Shown here: one piece after another, positions 10,123 to 19,740 of the stretch
Numbering within the stretch: position 1 is the stretch's first letter
Layout: the number at the start of each line of letters is the position of its first letter
Assembly: GCA_964549615.1 (NCBI GenBank)
Contig: CAZJVP010000055.1
Span: 1-37,222 of the forward strand
DNA length: 37,222 nt
Direction: 5' to 3'
DNA from: an uncultured Thermococci archaeon
GTDB taxonomy: Archaea > CAYQAE01 > CAYVLA01
The notes under the pieces: generated by a model
Seen by the model: only the letters and a program-made list of their open reading frames with translations
Told to the model about the DNA's origin: nothing
The model's database searches: none
Made by a program: the position numbers and the translations under genes

Positions 10123-10525
10123 GGAGGAATCGTTGAGGTGGCTGACGCAGGCAACTGACGAGTTCCAAGATGCCGAGGAACTCAGGAAGATGGGAAGGTT
10201 CTACATCGCGCTTTTCCACTTTCAGCAGGCGGCGGAGAAGGCACTCAAGGCCTACCTGTACATGAAGGTAAGATCGGTTGACGTCTTTTTCACCCACTCC
10301 GTGGATGAGCTGTCAAGAATGGCCGCCGAGCTAGACGCGGATTTCAAACAGGTTCTCCCCGCAAAGGTGCTTGACAGGTACTACATCCCGACCCGCTACC
10401 CCAACGCCCTCCCCGGCGGGGCGCCATCCCGGTATTTCGATGATCCCGACGAGGCGAGGACGGCGATGGAACTTGCCGAGAAGGTCATCAGGTTGGCGGA
10501 GAGCAAGGTCAAAGGAACGCGTTGA
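10106..10525 (+). CDS. HEPN domain protein (MNT-HEPN pair)
   Basis: QQAAEKALKA, THS and YIPTRYP motifs; directly downstream of the MNT gene. Confidence 0.9.
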   Translation: MRGRHREESLRWLTQATDEFQDAEELRKMGRFYIALFHFQQAAEKALKAYLYMKVRSVDVFFTHSVDELSRMAAELDADFKQVLPAKVLDRYYIPTRYPNALPGGAPSRYFDDPDEARTAMELAEKVIRLAESKVKGTR

Positions 10526-10561
10526 GCCACGGCTGCGCCGGTTCGTGGCGGTCGTGGCGCG

Positions 10562-12853
10562 TCAGATGTTCAGATCCCACCTGGATGGATCCTCCCTGGC
10601 CTGCTCCTCCGTTATGAAGTCGTGGTATCTCGCCATCCAGTATGCATCGAGGAAGTCCGCAGCTCCGACCTCCCTTCTGATGTTGCTCCTGAAGATCAGC
10701 ACGAGGTTGGCATCCTTCCAAGTCCTGCCGCCATCCGCGCTGCTGTAGAGGCCGCCGGGCGTGCCCGCGTAGGCCATGGGCGAGCCGACTGGGGCGAAGA
10801 CTGACCTTGCGATCGGGATGTTGAGCCCCTCGCTGGACTGGACCCAGTTCTCCCCGCCGTCCCTGCTCAGCATGATGCCCTTAGTCGTCGCCGCGAGGAG
10901 CTCCTTCTCCTTGCCCGGCAACACGGCCATGCCACAAAGCTCTCCCTGAAGCTCCCCCTTCAGGAAGTCTTGCCCTGACTCATACCTTGCCACGTACCTT
11001 GAATACAGGCGTGGAAGGGAGTTGTTCCAGGTCAGGCCAGCGTCCTCGCTCCTGAAGACTATGTTCAGCGACAGACCCTCATACGAGACGGCCGCGGCGG
11101 CGTAGAGGACGTCCGGGTCGGACGGTACCACAACCAGGTATGGCAGCTGACGCCCGTACTCGGGTATTCCCGCAAACCCTCCCTTCCTCCATCTCCCATC
11201 CCCCTCGCTGGAGTACGCCGTGCCGTCAAGCAGCGCATAGATCCTGGTCGGCCTCCCTGGGTGCACGGCGAAGATGCTCTGCCTGCAGGGCGGCAGCTCA
11301 TCCGTCAGTCTGGTCCATCGCGACCCAAGCCACCTCTCGCCGTAATCGGCACTCCTGAAGACCGCCTGTTCGGTGATCGCGTACAGGACGTTCTCGTTGC
11401 TTGGGTCGGCGACCAGGCCCACGGGTCTTCCCGCGTCCCCTGGCACGGGCATTCTGGACCAATAGGTGCCCCCCGTGGAGCTGACGTAAAAGCCGTCCTC
11501 ACACCCCGCGAAAAGCATCCTCACCCTCTTTGACGCCGCCAGGAAACACGCCTTTCTTCCCAGCGAATGCCCGACCTGCCTCCAGCTTAAAGCGCCGTCG
11601 ACCGACTTGTAGATCTCGCCCTTCTCATCCGCCGCGTAAACCACCGCCGGGTCCTCCAGCGGGACCGCGACCGACGTGACGATCCGGCTCAGCCAGCCGT
11701 CCAGCTTGTAAAGGCTGCCCTTCCACTGGTACTCGTTGTCCCAGGGGCTTTCGTACATCGGCAGCGGCTTTGCGGCCATACCGTCGACTATCTCGATATC
11801 CGTCCTTATGCTATTCATCCTAGGCCGGAAGAGCCGGTTGACGGGCCATGTCTGCAGGGTCCACAGGGCCTCTTTAAGCACGCGCTCTCTTCCCGGGCAG
11901 TCCGGCCTGAGTGAGAGGTAGATGTAGCTGAAGAGCGACTGCCTGTCATCCTTGTGGTTTTCCCAAAGGGCGTCGAGCACCTTGCCATAGAAACCGAGGA
12001 GATCCGGGTCCTTCTCCTGGCGGAAGAGATTGTCAAGATGCCCGAAAACGTGCTCAGCGTCGTCGTGCCCGTATCTCTTCCTCATCTTCTGGGGAAACTT
12101 CTGCCACTTGCGGAAGCTGAAGCGTTCGGCAAGCTTCTGGTACTCCTCATCGAAACGCGCATCGCCCGTGATGTGGTGCGCGGCCTTCAGGCCGGCAGCG
12201 GCCATGATGGTGCGTAGGTTCGGCGTCTTGCCGTCGGTCAGGCCGAGTATGTGCGTCGTGATGGTGCCGTCGTAGTCCCTGATGAAGCCATCGTTGAAAG
12301 CCCAGTACCCGACAAGGTCGTGAACGGCCTCCTTGATCATCCTCTTCTGTCTTTCGTCCGCCGCAAGGTCGTAGTAGGCTGCATAGCCGTGGATCGCATC
12401 GCTGTAGTTGTGGTGGCTCGGGTCCCCCCTCCACCTCAGGTTCGAATACCTGCCCTGGCCCTGATGCCATGCGTTGCTCTTAGGGGAGCCCTCCCTCTCC
12501 TCGTAGGATTCGCCGTGGCCGAACACATAGCCTCGGGCCTGGAGGCCCCTGATTCCGGTCACCTTCATGCACCTGATCATCGCCCTGAGAACCTTGTCGG
12601 CGTGCCGCCTGACCTTCTCATCCTTGGTGAAGGCGTATCTGTACGCCTGTCCGGTGAGGTAGTTCGCCGTCCAGCAGATGGAGTGCGCAACGTTGCTATA
12701 TCCGGTCGTGGACTGGTCCACCGGCCCGCCGTCCAGAGGTATCTCAACGATCGAGGGGTAAAGGCCGTCGATCCAGTGATTCCTCAGGATGTTGCGCTCA
12801 AAGAGCTCAGCCTTCTTGTACAGCGGCACCTTCCACAGATCGTCCGACGCCAT
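10562..12853 (-). CDS. Hypothetical protein: helical (alpha/alpha)-barrel glycoside-hydrolase-like domain containing a BNR/Asp-box beta-propeller
   Basis: Repeated Asp boxes: SVDGALSW, SSTGGTYW, SADYGERW, SEDAGLTW, SRDGGENW, SADGGRTW. ATG 12853 is preferred because a TTTATG box lies at about 12893-12898 on the minus strand. Confidence 0.75.
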   Translation of the reverse strand: MASDDLWKVPLYKKAELFERNILRNHWIDGLYPSIVEIPLDGGPVDQSTTGYSNVAHSICWTANYLTGQAYRYAFTKDEKVRRHADKVLRAMIRCMKVTGIRGLQARGYVFGHGESYEEREGSPKSNAWHQGQGRYSNLRWRGDPSHHNYSDAIHGYAAYYDLAADERQKRMIKEAVHDLVGYWAFNDGFIRDYDGTITTHILGLTDGKTPNLRTIMAAAGLKAAHHITGDARFDEEYQKLAERFSFRKWQKFPQKMRKRYGHDDAEHVFGHLDNLFRQEKDPDLLGFYGKVLDALWENHKDDRQSLFSYIYLSLRPDCPGRERVLKEALWTLQTWPVNRLFRPRMNSIRTDIEIVDGMAAKPLPMYESPWDNEYQWKGSLYKLDGWLSRIVTSVAVPLEDPAVVYAADEKGEIYKSVDGALSWRQVGHSLGRKACFLAASKRVRMLFAGCEDGFYVSSTGGTYWSRMPVPGDAGRPVGLVADPSNENVLYAITEQAVFRSADYGERWLGSRWTRLTDELPPCRQSIFAVHPGRPTRIYALLDGTAYSSEGDGRWRKGGFAGIPEYGRQLPYLVVVPSDPDVLYAAAAVSYEGLSLNIVFRSEDAGLTWNNSLPRLYSRYVARYESGQDFLKGELQGELCGMAVLPGKEKELLAATTKGIMLSRDGGENWVQSSEGLNIPIARSVFAPVGSPMAYAGTPGGLYSSADGGRTWKDANLVLIFRSNIRREVGAADFLDAYWMARYHDFITEEQAREDPSRWDLNI

Positions 12854-12978
12854 CGTCGCCCGACCTCGTTCACGAGTCATCCGCTCCACCTTCATAAAGG
12901 ATGTGGAGGCCCGGCCCTGCCCTCTATGGTCCGTGCGGCCGGAGGCAACAGGACTGACTTACGGAAAAAGTCATCAGC

Positions 12979-13995
12979 ATGCTTCCGCACGGGGGCCGCG
13001 TGGGCGAGTCCGTGCTCAAGCCGTCGGACGTCGGCATAATCATGACGTACAGGTGCGCCAGCGCATGCAAGCACTGTCTCTACAACTGCGGCCCAGGCTG
13101 GAAGGACTGGATGGACCCGGAGACCGTTACGGAAGCGTTACTCGCGACCAAGCACTGGACCCATCCCTACAGGGTTCACCTGACGGGCGGCGAGCCGTTC
13201 CACAACATCCCCCTCCTGAAGCACGCCATCCGCGAGGCAAGCCGCCTAGGGATCCATCACTACGTTGAGACGAACGCCTTCTGGTGCACGAGCAAGGAGA
13301 AGGCAGTTACCGTTTTCTCTCAGCTCAAGTCCGACGGCTTAGAGCAGATCCTGATCAGCTGTTCGCCGTTCCATGCCGAGACCATACCCCCGTCGCGGAC
13401 GTTTGCCGCGATCGAGGCCGCAATCGAGGTGTTCGGACCCGAGGGCGTGCAGGTCTACCTTCCTCACTGCGTCAGGCAGCTACAGCTGTTTGATCCCGCC
13501 CGGACGACGCCCATCTCAAGGTACGTTGAGAGGTTCGGCTTGGAGAAGGCGGGACGAATGCTCTGGGACGGCTACTACATCATCCCAGCAGGCCGGTCGG
13601 GTTACAGGCTCGGCTTCCTGACCCGGAGGTGGCCGGCCGAGCACTTCAGGGGCGATGATTGCCGGCGCGAGATTCTGTTCGCCCACCACTCGCACCTGGA
13701 CCTCTACGGCAACTACATCTCCTGGTTCTGCGGTGGACTGACCATCGGCAGCTGGCGGAGGATGGCGCAGCTGATCCAGGATTTTCAGCACGGCCGATAT
13801 CCGACCCTCGTCCACGCCCTGATCGACAGAGGGCCCTTCGGGCTGTACGAGATGGCGTCATCCAGCTTCGGGTACGTCCAGGACCCCGGGGGATACGCCG
13901 GGAAGTGCCACCTCTGCGTCGACGTGAGGAGGCACCTCTGCTCAGTCTCCGAATGGCCGGAGCTGCAGCCGAAGGCCTTCTACTCGAACATATGA
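12979..13995 (+). CDS. Radical SAM protein with a C-terminal Cys-containing (SPASM/twitch-like) extension
   Basis: CxxxCxxC (CASACKHC), LTGGEP, VETNA and C-terminal GKCHLC. The start could be the downstream in-frame GTG (VGESVL). Confidence 0.9.
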   Translation: MLPHGGRVGESVLKPSDVGIIMTYRCASACKHCLYNCGPGWKDWMDPETVTEALLATKHWTHPYRVHLTGGEPFHNIPLLKHAIREASRLGIHHYVETNAFWCTSKEKAVTVFSQLKSDGLEQILISCSPFHAETIPPSRTFAAIEAAIEVFGPEGVQVYLPHCVRQLQLFDPARTTPISRYVERFGLEKAGRMLWDGYYIIPAGRSGYRLGFLTRRWPAEHFRGDDCRREILFAHHSHLDLYGNYISWFCGGLTIGSWRRMAQLIQDFQHGRYPTLVHALIDRGPFGLYEMASSSFGYVQDPGGYAGKCHLCVDVRRHLCSVSEWPELQPKAFYSNI

Positions 13996-14478
13996 TCGCC
14001 AGCCCAGATGCCTCGAAGATCCATGACGTACAGCCGCAGGGATCCCTCATGCGTGGAATCGAAATCATATCGTGTCTCCTCGCCTGCTCCACCTGGGTTG
14101 CAGATCGCAGCGGATCTCGCCCTGAGGAGGGGATGTGAAGCGAACCTGCCGGTGGAGCCCAGCACGCCCTTTTCCCGTTCAAAGACCATCAGCTGCCTCG
14201 CCTGGTCCCTGCGCGGCTATGTGTCGGTGAGTATCCATCTCCGGTCACGCGAGAAACTGCAGTGGCCATCCCGGGCGAGGGCGCCCTCGCCGACCTTTCT
14301 GGCCTCGCCGCTGCCGTCTTTGACGAGATACAAGGCATCGCCAAGGCCACGGATGCTCGTCCAGGCCAAGATCGTCTCGCGATCGGGCCAGTCGCAGTGC
14401 GAAACCAGGCCATAGTCGATGACGCAGCGAACGCCGGTCCCGTATAGGTCCGACGAACTCAGCGCTCGCCACCAGCCT
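13980..14478 (-). pseudogene. Degraded 3' fragment of a TolB/oligogalacturonate-lyase-like beta-propeller gene
   Basis: Hand translation: VSHCDW...DGHCSFSRDRRWILTDT*P...(frameshift)GEIRCDLQPRWSRRG...(frameshift)FDSTHEGSLRLYVMDL. In-frame TAG at 14217-14219, two compensating frameshifts, and no 5' part. Confidence 0.75.
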
Positions 14479-14520
14479 CAGCTGATCATTTAATAGCGCG
14501 GGCCTGTACGGCGTGCCAAG

Positions 14521-15504
14521 GTGAGGTGCTTGCCGGTCAGGGTCGCCTTCATAGGAACTGGAGGAGTGTCGGGCGGACACATAAAGCGCATGAACGATAA
14601 CCCGTCGGCCCAGATCGTCGCCCTTTGCGACACCAACAGGGACGCCCTGCGGGAGAGGGCCAAGCTGGTTGGCAGGAGGCTTCCGCTCTACGCCGACTAT
14701 CAGGCAATGCTCGCGAAGGAGGAGATAGACGCCGTCGTGATCTGCACGCCGCACACTCTTCACTTCCAACAGGCCATGGACTGCCTGGACCGTGGCATAC
14801 ACGTGCTAGTCGAGAAGCCGATGGTTTGCACAGTGGACCATGCCAAGCAGCTGATAGCCAAGGCGGAGAAGACCGGGAAGACCCTGATGGTCTCGTACCA
14901 GAGGCACTACCAGCCCGAATTCATGTGGACGCGGGACGCGATAGCGAGGGGAGAGCTGGGCAAGATCTTCTACATTTCGGCCTACCTGAGCCAGAGCTGG
15001 GCTCCGATCACGAGCACGTGGCGGGGCAGGATGGCGCTCAGCGGAGGTGGCGAGCTCATGGATAGCGGATCCCACATCGTGGACATAGTCTGCTGGCTGA
15101 CCCAGCTCGACCCCGTCGAGGTCACCGCGTTCGTTAGCAACGAGTTTGCCGTGAACGAGGAGGTCGACATCCTCTCATCGGTCTGCATAAGGTTCTCGAA
15201 CAGGGCGATAGGCTCCGTTTGCATCAACGGCAACGCGCCCTGGTACGAGAGGCTCATCATATCCGGGACCCTTGGCACCCTTACCTTCGGCGATGGAACG
15301 CGCCTGAGGCTGCCCAACGGCGAGTACAAGGAACTGCCTCCCATGCCGGCGGCCCGCAACCCGGACGACAACTTCATCGGCGTGATCCAAGGAAACGAGG
15401 AATGCCTTTCCCCAGGCAAAGACGCGCTCAAGGTCGTGCAGATAACCCAAGCAGCCTACCTCTCGGAGAAGGAGAAGAGGGCCGTCAGGATCGACGAGCT
15501 CTAG
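14521..15504 (+). CDS. Gfo/Idh/MocA family oxidoreductase
   Basis: VAFIGTGG, ICTPH, HVLVEKPM and GGGELMDSGSH; TTTAATA box at 14489-14495. Confidence 0.92.
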   Translation: MRCLPVRVAFIGTGGVSGGHIKRMNDNPSAQIVALCDTNRDALRERAKLVGRRLPLYADYQAMLAKEEIDAVVICTPHTLHFQQAMDCLDRGIHVLVEKPMVCTVDHAKQLIAKAEKTGKTLMVSYQRHYQPEFMWTRDAIARGELGKIFYISAYLSQSWAPITSTWRGRMALSGGGELMDSGSHIVDIVCWLTQLDPVEVTAFVSNEFAVNEEVDILSSVCIRFSNRAIGSVCINGNAPWYERLIISGTLGTLTFGDGTRLRLPNGEYKELPPMPAARNPDDNFIGVIQGNEECLSPGKDALKVVQITQAAYLSEKEKRAVRIDEL

Positions 15505-15510
15505 CCTAGC

Positions 15511-16002
15511 CTAGACCATCCACTCGATCAATGACTTGCTCCGCGCGTCCAAGGCAGCCATGTTGCGTATCTCGTACTTGTTGCCGTCGACGTCGGTGAT
15601 CATGATCCGGGACGGACCGACGAACCTTATGCTGTCCTTGCTTCTAAGTTCGAACTCTCGATATCCCTTGTCGGTCTCCACCGCGATGTCCGTGACCCCA
15701 CCGTAGAGCTCCCGGACGGCGAGAACCCTCTTGATGGCGGGAACGAAGTACGCTTTTTCCAACTCCTCTTCGAGGACCTTCCTCGAGGGGGGATCCAGCT
15801 CCTTGAGCTGCCGTATGATGCCGAGCTCCTTTCCGTCCTCATCGAGGAGCGAGATGTACTTGTCCGGGGCGGTCAGAGGGAAGTTCCTTATGATCCTGTA
15901 GACGACCTTCTCCTCCTCGCCGATCTTGAGCAGGACCCTCCTGTGCGGATCCCTCCCGATACTCAACTTCGTCGGGTCCAGAAAGGTCTCCATCCAGCCC
16001 AC
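15511..16002 (-). CDS. DUF1854 family protein
   Basis: RNFPLTAPDKYISLLD, YFVPAIKRV, VETDKG and ITDVDGNKY motifs. Abuts the ABC gene stop. The alternative start is ATG 15993. Confidence 0.8.
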   Translation of the reverse strand: MGWMETFLDPTKLSIGRDPHRRVLLKIGEEEKVVYRIIRNFPLTAPDKYISLLDEDGKELGIIRQLKELDPPSRKVLEEELEKAYFVPAIKRVLAVRELYGGVTDIAVETDKGYREFELRSKDSIRFVGPSRIMITDVDGNKYEIRNMAALDARSKSLIEWMV

Positions 16003-18252
16003 CTAGATTGCCCTGACCTTGGCAATCTCCGTCTGCATCCTCACAAGATTGGCGTAGACGCCGTTCTTCTGCAGAAGCTCGTCGTGCGTGCCGATCTCCA
16101 CTATCTTGCCCTTGTCCAGTATCACGAGCCTGTCGGCGTTCCTGAGCGTCGACAGCCTGTGCGCAATGGCGATCGTCGTCCTGCCCTTGGTCAGGTTTAC
16201 AAGCGCCTCCTGTATCTTGCGTTCTGTGGCGGTGTCGACCGAGGAGGTCGCCTCATCCAGGATGATTATGCTGGGATTATTCACGATCGCCCTCGCGATC
16301 GATATCCTCTGCTTCTCCCCGCCGGACAGCCTAGCCCCGCGCTCCCCGACCTCCGTGTCGTATCCCTCCGGAAGATTGATTATGAACTCGTGCGCATTTG
16401 CGGCCTTCGCTGCGCTTATTATCTCCTCCCGAGTAGCATCCGGCCGCCCGTAGGCTATGTTCTCTGCGACCGAGCCATGGAACAGGAAGGGTTCCTGGAG
16501 CACGACGCCTATCTTCTCCCTGAGCGATCTCTGTTTGATCTTCCTGAGATCCACGCCGTCTATGGTTATCGTCCCCTCGTCAGGATCGTAGAACCTCGAT
16601 ATGAGCTTGACCAGGGTGGTCTTCCCGGAGCCGCTGGCGCCGGCCAGGCCGATCATCTCGCCGGGCCTTATCTGAAGGTTGATGTTGTCCAGAACCTTCT
16701 TCTCCGGGTTGTATGAGAAAGAGACGTTGGTCAGGGTTATCTCTCCCTTGACCTCTCCAAGGCTGATGGCATCCTTGGCGTCCCTCACTTCGGGCTTCGA
16801 GTCAAGGATCTCGAATATCCGCTCTGCCGCCGTCGCCGCAACCTCGACCTGATCGGTCAGGTGGCTGAGGCGCTGGACGGGCCCGTAGAACATCCACAGA
16901 TACGAAACGAAAAGCGTAAGATCGCCAACCCTTAGGGGACCGTTTGCAGCCACTATGTGGCCGCCGCGCCAGTAGACGAAGACCGCGCCGAGGTACATCA
17001 GAAGGCCTATGCCCGGGAAGAACCACGACTGGAGCTTGGTCGAGCGAAGGTCCGCCTGCAAGAGCTCCACGTTCCTGGACCGGAACTTGTCGATCTCCCT
17101 GTCCTCTTGGACGAAGGCCTTCACCACCAGGATCCCCGGGATCGTGTCGGCAAGCACCGAGTTCATCCGCGCCCAGGTCCTCCATATCCTGTGGTAGGTA
17201 CCATGGATCTTCCTCGCAAAGACCGCGGTTCCTAGGACCAGTACGGGAACCGGCAGAAGGGAGATCGCAGCCAACTTCCAGTTCATCGTGAAGAGGTAGA
17301 CTCCCACGCTCACCATCAGTATGATATCGACGATCAGTTGCTGGGACCCGTAGACAAGGAAGTACCGGACGTTGGAACTGTCGTTGGTCACCCGGGACAT
17401 GAGCTCCCCGGTGCGCCTCCGGTCGTAGAAGCTGAGGGACAGCATCTGCAGGTACCGGTAGACCTGGGTTCTGATGTCGAAGATAATCTTCTCGCCGAGC
17501 CAAGCCATGGCGTACGTGCGGATGCCTGATGCAGCCGAGGACACGACGTATACCAGCAGGAGCGAGAGCGGGATCGTGGTGAGCAGCGCGATCTTGCCCT
17601 CGCCCCCCGTCAGGTAGTTGATCAGGTCCCTCAGGAGCATCGGAGGAACGAGAGATAGCAAAGTGACGGCAACCGTCAGACCGAAGCTGAAGGCCGCGGC
17701 CTTCCAGTAGGGCCGGAGGTAACCCATTAGCCTTAGGAAGACCTTCCTCTTTTCGATGCACGCGGGGCATACGTTCGTCCACGGCGGGAGCGCCCTACCG
17801 CATTTGGGACACCGGGAATCCTCGGGCGTCCCCTCGTCGCCGACCAGGGCCATCGCCTTTATCGTCTTACCGTTGCCGTTCTCCGCTCCCCCGTTGGCGG
17901 CGAGAAGCTTGACGGCGTGCTTCGCGAGGTTCAGGAAGTCCTTGGATTGCGTCTTGGAGAATCGAACGACGTCGACGAGCTTCCCCTCGCTGTCCTCCAG
18001 GGTCAGCATCCCGTTGCCGACGTACTCTCTCACCTCCAGTGACTTGATCTTCTGGACGGGGAACTCGCACGCGACCGCGCCGTCCTTCTCGAGCACCAGC
18101 AGCCGGGCGCTGGTCAGGAAGACCCATCTCTCCCCGTAGTTGCCGGAGTTGTCGATGTCGGATGCAGCTGTGGCCGCGACCTTCTCCGAGGGCAGGAGGA
18201 TCTGATCCAGCTTTGAACGCACGGCCCTAGGAGGCTTGGAGCTGTCGATCAT
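16003..18252 (-). CDS. ABC exporter (fused TMD-NBD) with an N-terminal PH-like domain and zinc ribbon, DUF1854-associated type
   Basis: Walker A GASGSGKT, LSGGEKQR, ILDEATS and IAHRLST. CPKC-x10-CPAC precedes the TM domain. Confidence 0.93.
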   Translation of the reverse strand: MIDSSKPPRAVRSKLDQILLPSEKVAATAASDIDNSGNYGERWVFLTSARLLVLEKDGAVACEFPVQKIKSLEVREYVGNGMLTLEDSEGKLVDVVRFSKTQSKDFLNLAKHAVKLLAANGGAENGNGKTIKAMALVGDEGTPEDSRCPKCGRALPPWTNVCPACIEKRKVFLRLMGYLRPYWKAAAFSFGLTVAVTLLSLVPPMLLRDLINYLTGGEGKIALLTTIPLSLLLVYVVSSAASGIRTYAMAWLGEKIIFDIRTQVYRYLQMLSLSFYDRRRTGELMSRVTNDSSNVRYFLVYGSQQLIVDIILMVSVGVYLFTMNWKLAAISLLPVPVLVLGTAVFARKIHGTYHRIWRTWARMNSVLADTIPGILVVKAFVQEDREIDKFRSRNVELLQADLRSTKLQSWFFPGIGLLMYLGAVFVYWRGGHIVAANGPLRVGDLTLFVSYLWMFYGPVQRLSHLTDQVEVAATAAERIFEILDSKPEVRDAKDAISLGEVKGEITLTNVSFSYNPEKKVLDNINLQIRPGEMIGLAGASGSGKTTLVKLISRFYDPDEGTITIDGVDLRKIKQRSLREKIGVVLQEPFLFHGSVAENIAYGRPDATREEIISAAKAANAHEFIINLPEGYDTEVGERGARLSGGEKQRISIARAIVNNPSIIILDEATSSVDTATERKIQEALVNLTKGRTTIAIAHRLSTLRNADRLVILDKGKIVEIGTHDELLQKNGVYANLVRMQTEIAKVRAI

Positions 18253-18483
18253 GGTCTATGGCCTCCGCAGGTTCTGTTCAAGGAGGACGGATCTTTCGTT
18301 ATGTGGATCGTGAGCGGCTCGGGCCCAACCATGTAGAACCCTCCTGGGGTTGAGGATCTCTTCCGTTTATGGAGAGAGTCTTGGTGCCCGCTCGTCGGAT
18401 GGTGGGGGTTGTACAAGAAGATCTGCCAACGAAACGAGCTGCTCGCTCACACTCCGCGCCCGAGGCCGGTGGACGCCGGAGAT

Positions 18484-18600
18484 CTTAAAAATGTAATCAG
18501 ATAGCTCCCATATTCCCACAATACTAACCACAAGACGGGATGTATTTTCTTTCCAAAAGTTCTCCTATAAAGATATTTATTTGGCACCATATTCCGAAAT
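18484..18600. promoter_or_regulatory. AT-rich divergent promoter region
   Basis: Markedly AT-rich tract (TTAAAAAT, CTATAAAGATATTTAT) between divergent genes in a GC-rich background. Confidence 0.5.
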
Positions 18601-18621
18601 GCCGTTATGAGCTGAGCCTGC

Positions 18622-19725
18622 ATGCCCGGGACTCCTCCGCTAGTCTCCATCGTGATTCCTACCCTAAACGAGGCCCAGAACATCGGCGCGCTCATCCCGA
18701 GGATCTTCGAAACGTGCTTCCGGCACGGGATCGCCGCCGAGGCGGTGGTGGTGGATGATGGATCGACGGACGGCACCTTGGACATCGTCGAGGGGTTGAT
18801 GAGGGCCTACCCGCTCAAACTCGTCAAGCGGCCCTCAAAGATGGGCATCACCTCGGCCGTCCTGGAGGGGTTCCGTGCCTCATCAGGGCGCATCGTCGGC
18901 GCGATGGACTCCGACTTGAGCCACCCCCCGGAGAAGATCCCGGACCTCGTGAAACCAATCTTGGTCGGCGAGGCGGACATGGTTGTCGCAAGCAGATACG
19001 TCAAGGGCGGGTCGGTGGCCGGGTGGCCGATGAGGCGCCGCCTGGTATCCGGCATAGCGAGCCTGCTATCACGACCCCTGACTTCCGTGAGGGACCCGAT
19101 GTCCGGCTTCTTCTTTGTCACAAGCGACCTCCTTGAGGGCGCGCCGGTGACCACAAGAGGCTGGAAGATATGCCTGGAGATACTCGTCAAGGCCCGCCCC
19201 GGAAAAGCGGTTGAAGTACCATACACATTCACCAACCGCGCGTCCGGCAAAAGCAAGATGGGGCTAGGCACGATCGCCGGTTTTTTGGTGAACCTTGTTG
19301 ACCTGTACGCGTACAGGTGCTTCGGATCGTCCCTCGCCGATTTTTGCAGGTTCGCGACGGTGGGCGGGATCGGCGTCTTCCTCAACCTCGCCATAGTCTA
19401 CGCGTTGGTCGAATTTGCGCATCTCTGGTACGTGGCATCGGCAACCGCCGCATTCTTCATCGTGGCGGTCAACAACTTCGTCTGGAACAAGGTTTGGACA
19501 TTTCGGGACAGGCGCGTCGGGCCAAGGGTCGTTGGCATCCAGCTCGGGAGGTTTCTGGCCTCCAGCTTCGTCTCGCTCGGGATCAACCTCTCGGTGTTGG
19601 CTTTGCTCGTAGAGGGTCTGGCGGTCTGGTACATTCTCGCACAACTCTTGGCCATAGGAGTCGCCGTCCTGGCCAACTTCGGCCTGAGCTCCAGGTGGGT
19701 CTTCAAGGGACGCGCGTCTCATTAG
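18622..19725 (+). CDS. Polyprenol/dolichol-phosphate hexosyltransferase (GT2, DPM1-like) fused to a GtrA domain
   Basis: IPTLNE, VDDGSTDGT, MDSDLSHPP, SRYV.GG and DPMSGFF; C-terminal 4-TM GtrA (RFATVG...NFVWNKVWTF...RWVF). Confidence 0.9.
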   Translation: MPGTPPLVSIVIPTLNEAQNIGALIPRIFETCFRHGIAAEAVVVDDGSTDGTLDIVEGLMRAYPLKLVKRPSKMGITSAVLEGFRASSGRIVGAMDSDLSHPPEKIPDLVKPILVGEADMVVASRYVKGGSVAGWPMRRRLVSGIASLLSRPLTSVRDPMSGFFFVTSDLLEGAPVTTRGWKICLEILVKARPGKAVEVPYTFTNRASGKSKMGLGTIAGFLVNLVDLYAYRCFGSSLADFCRFATVGGIGVFLNLAIVYALVEFAHLWYVASATAAFFIVAVNNFVWNKVWTFRDRRVGPRVVGIQLGRFLASSFVSLGINLSVLALLVEGLAVWYILAQLLAIGVAVLANFGLSSRWVFKGRASH

Positions 19726-19740
19726 AAATATTTATATCAA
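19725..19740 (+). promoter_or_regulatory. BRE/TATA promoter of mat
   Basis: GAAATA-TTTATAT at 19725-19737, then a GGTGA ribosome-binding site before ATG 19779. Confidence 0.55.

Noticed and set aside
14217-14219. Stop-codon recoding (pyrrolysine, or TAR read as Tyr), since both pseudogene stops fall at likely Tyr positions (also 37187-37189)
   Set aside because: TAG and TAA end many intact genes here. TAY to TAR is a single substitution, and the 14-kb fragment also has frameshifts.
9264-17812. Identical RCPKCG hexapeptide in Ftr and the ABC transporter as a sign of DNA transfer
   Set aside because: The codons differ and the flanks are unrelated. CPKCG is a very common zinc-knuckle word.
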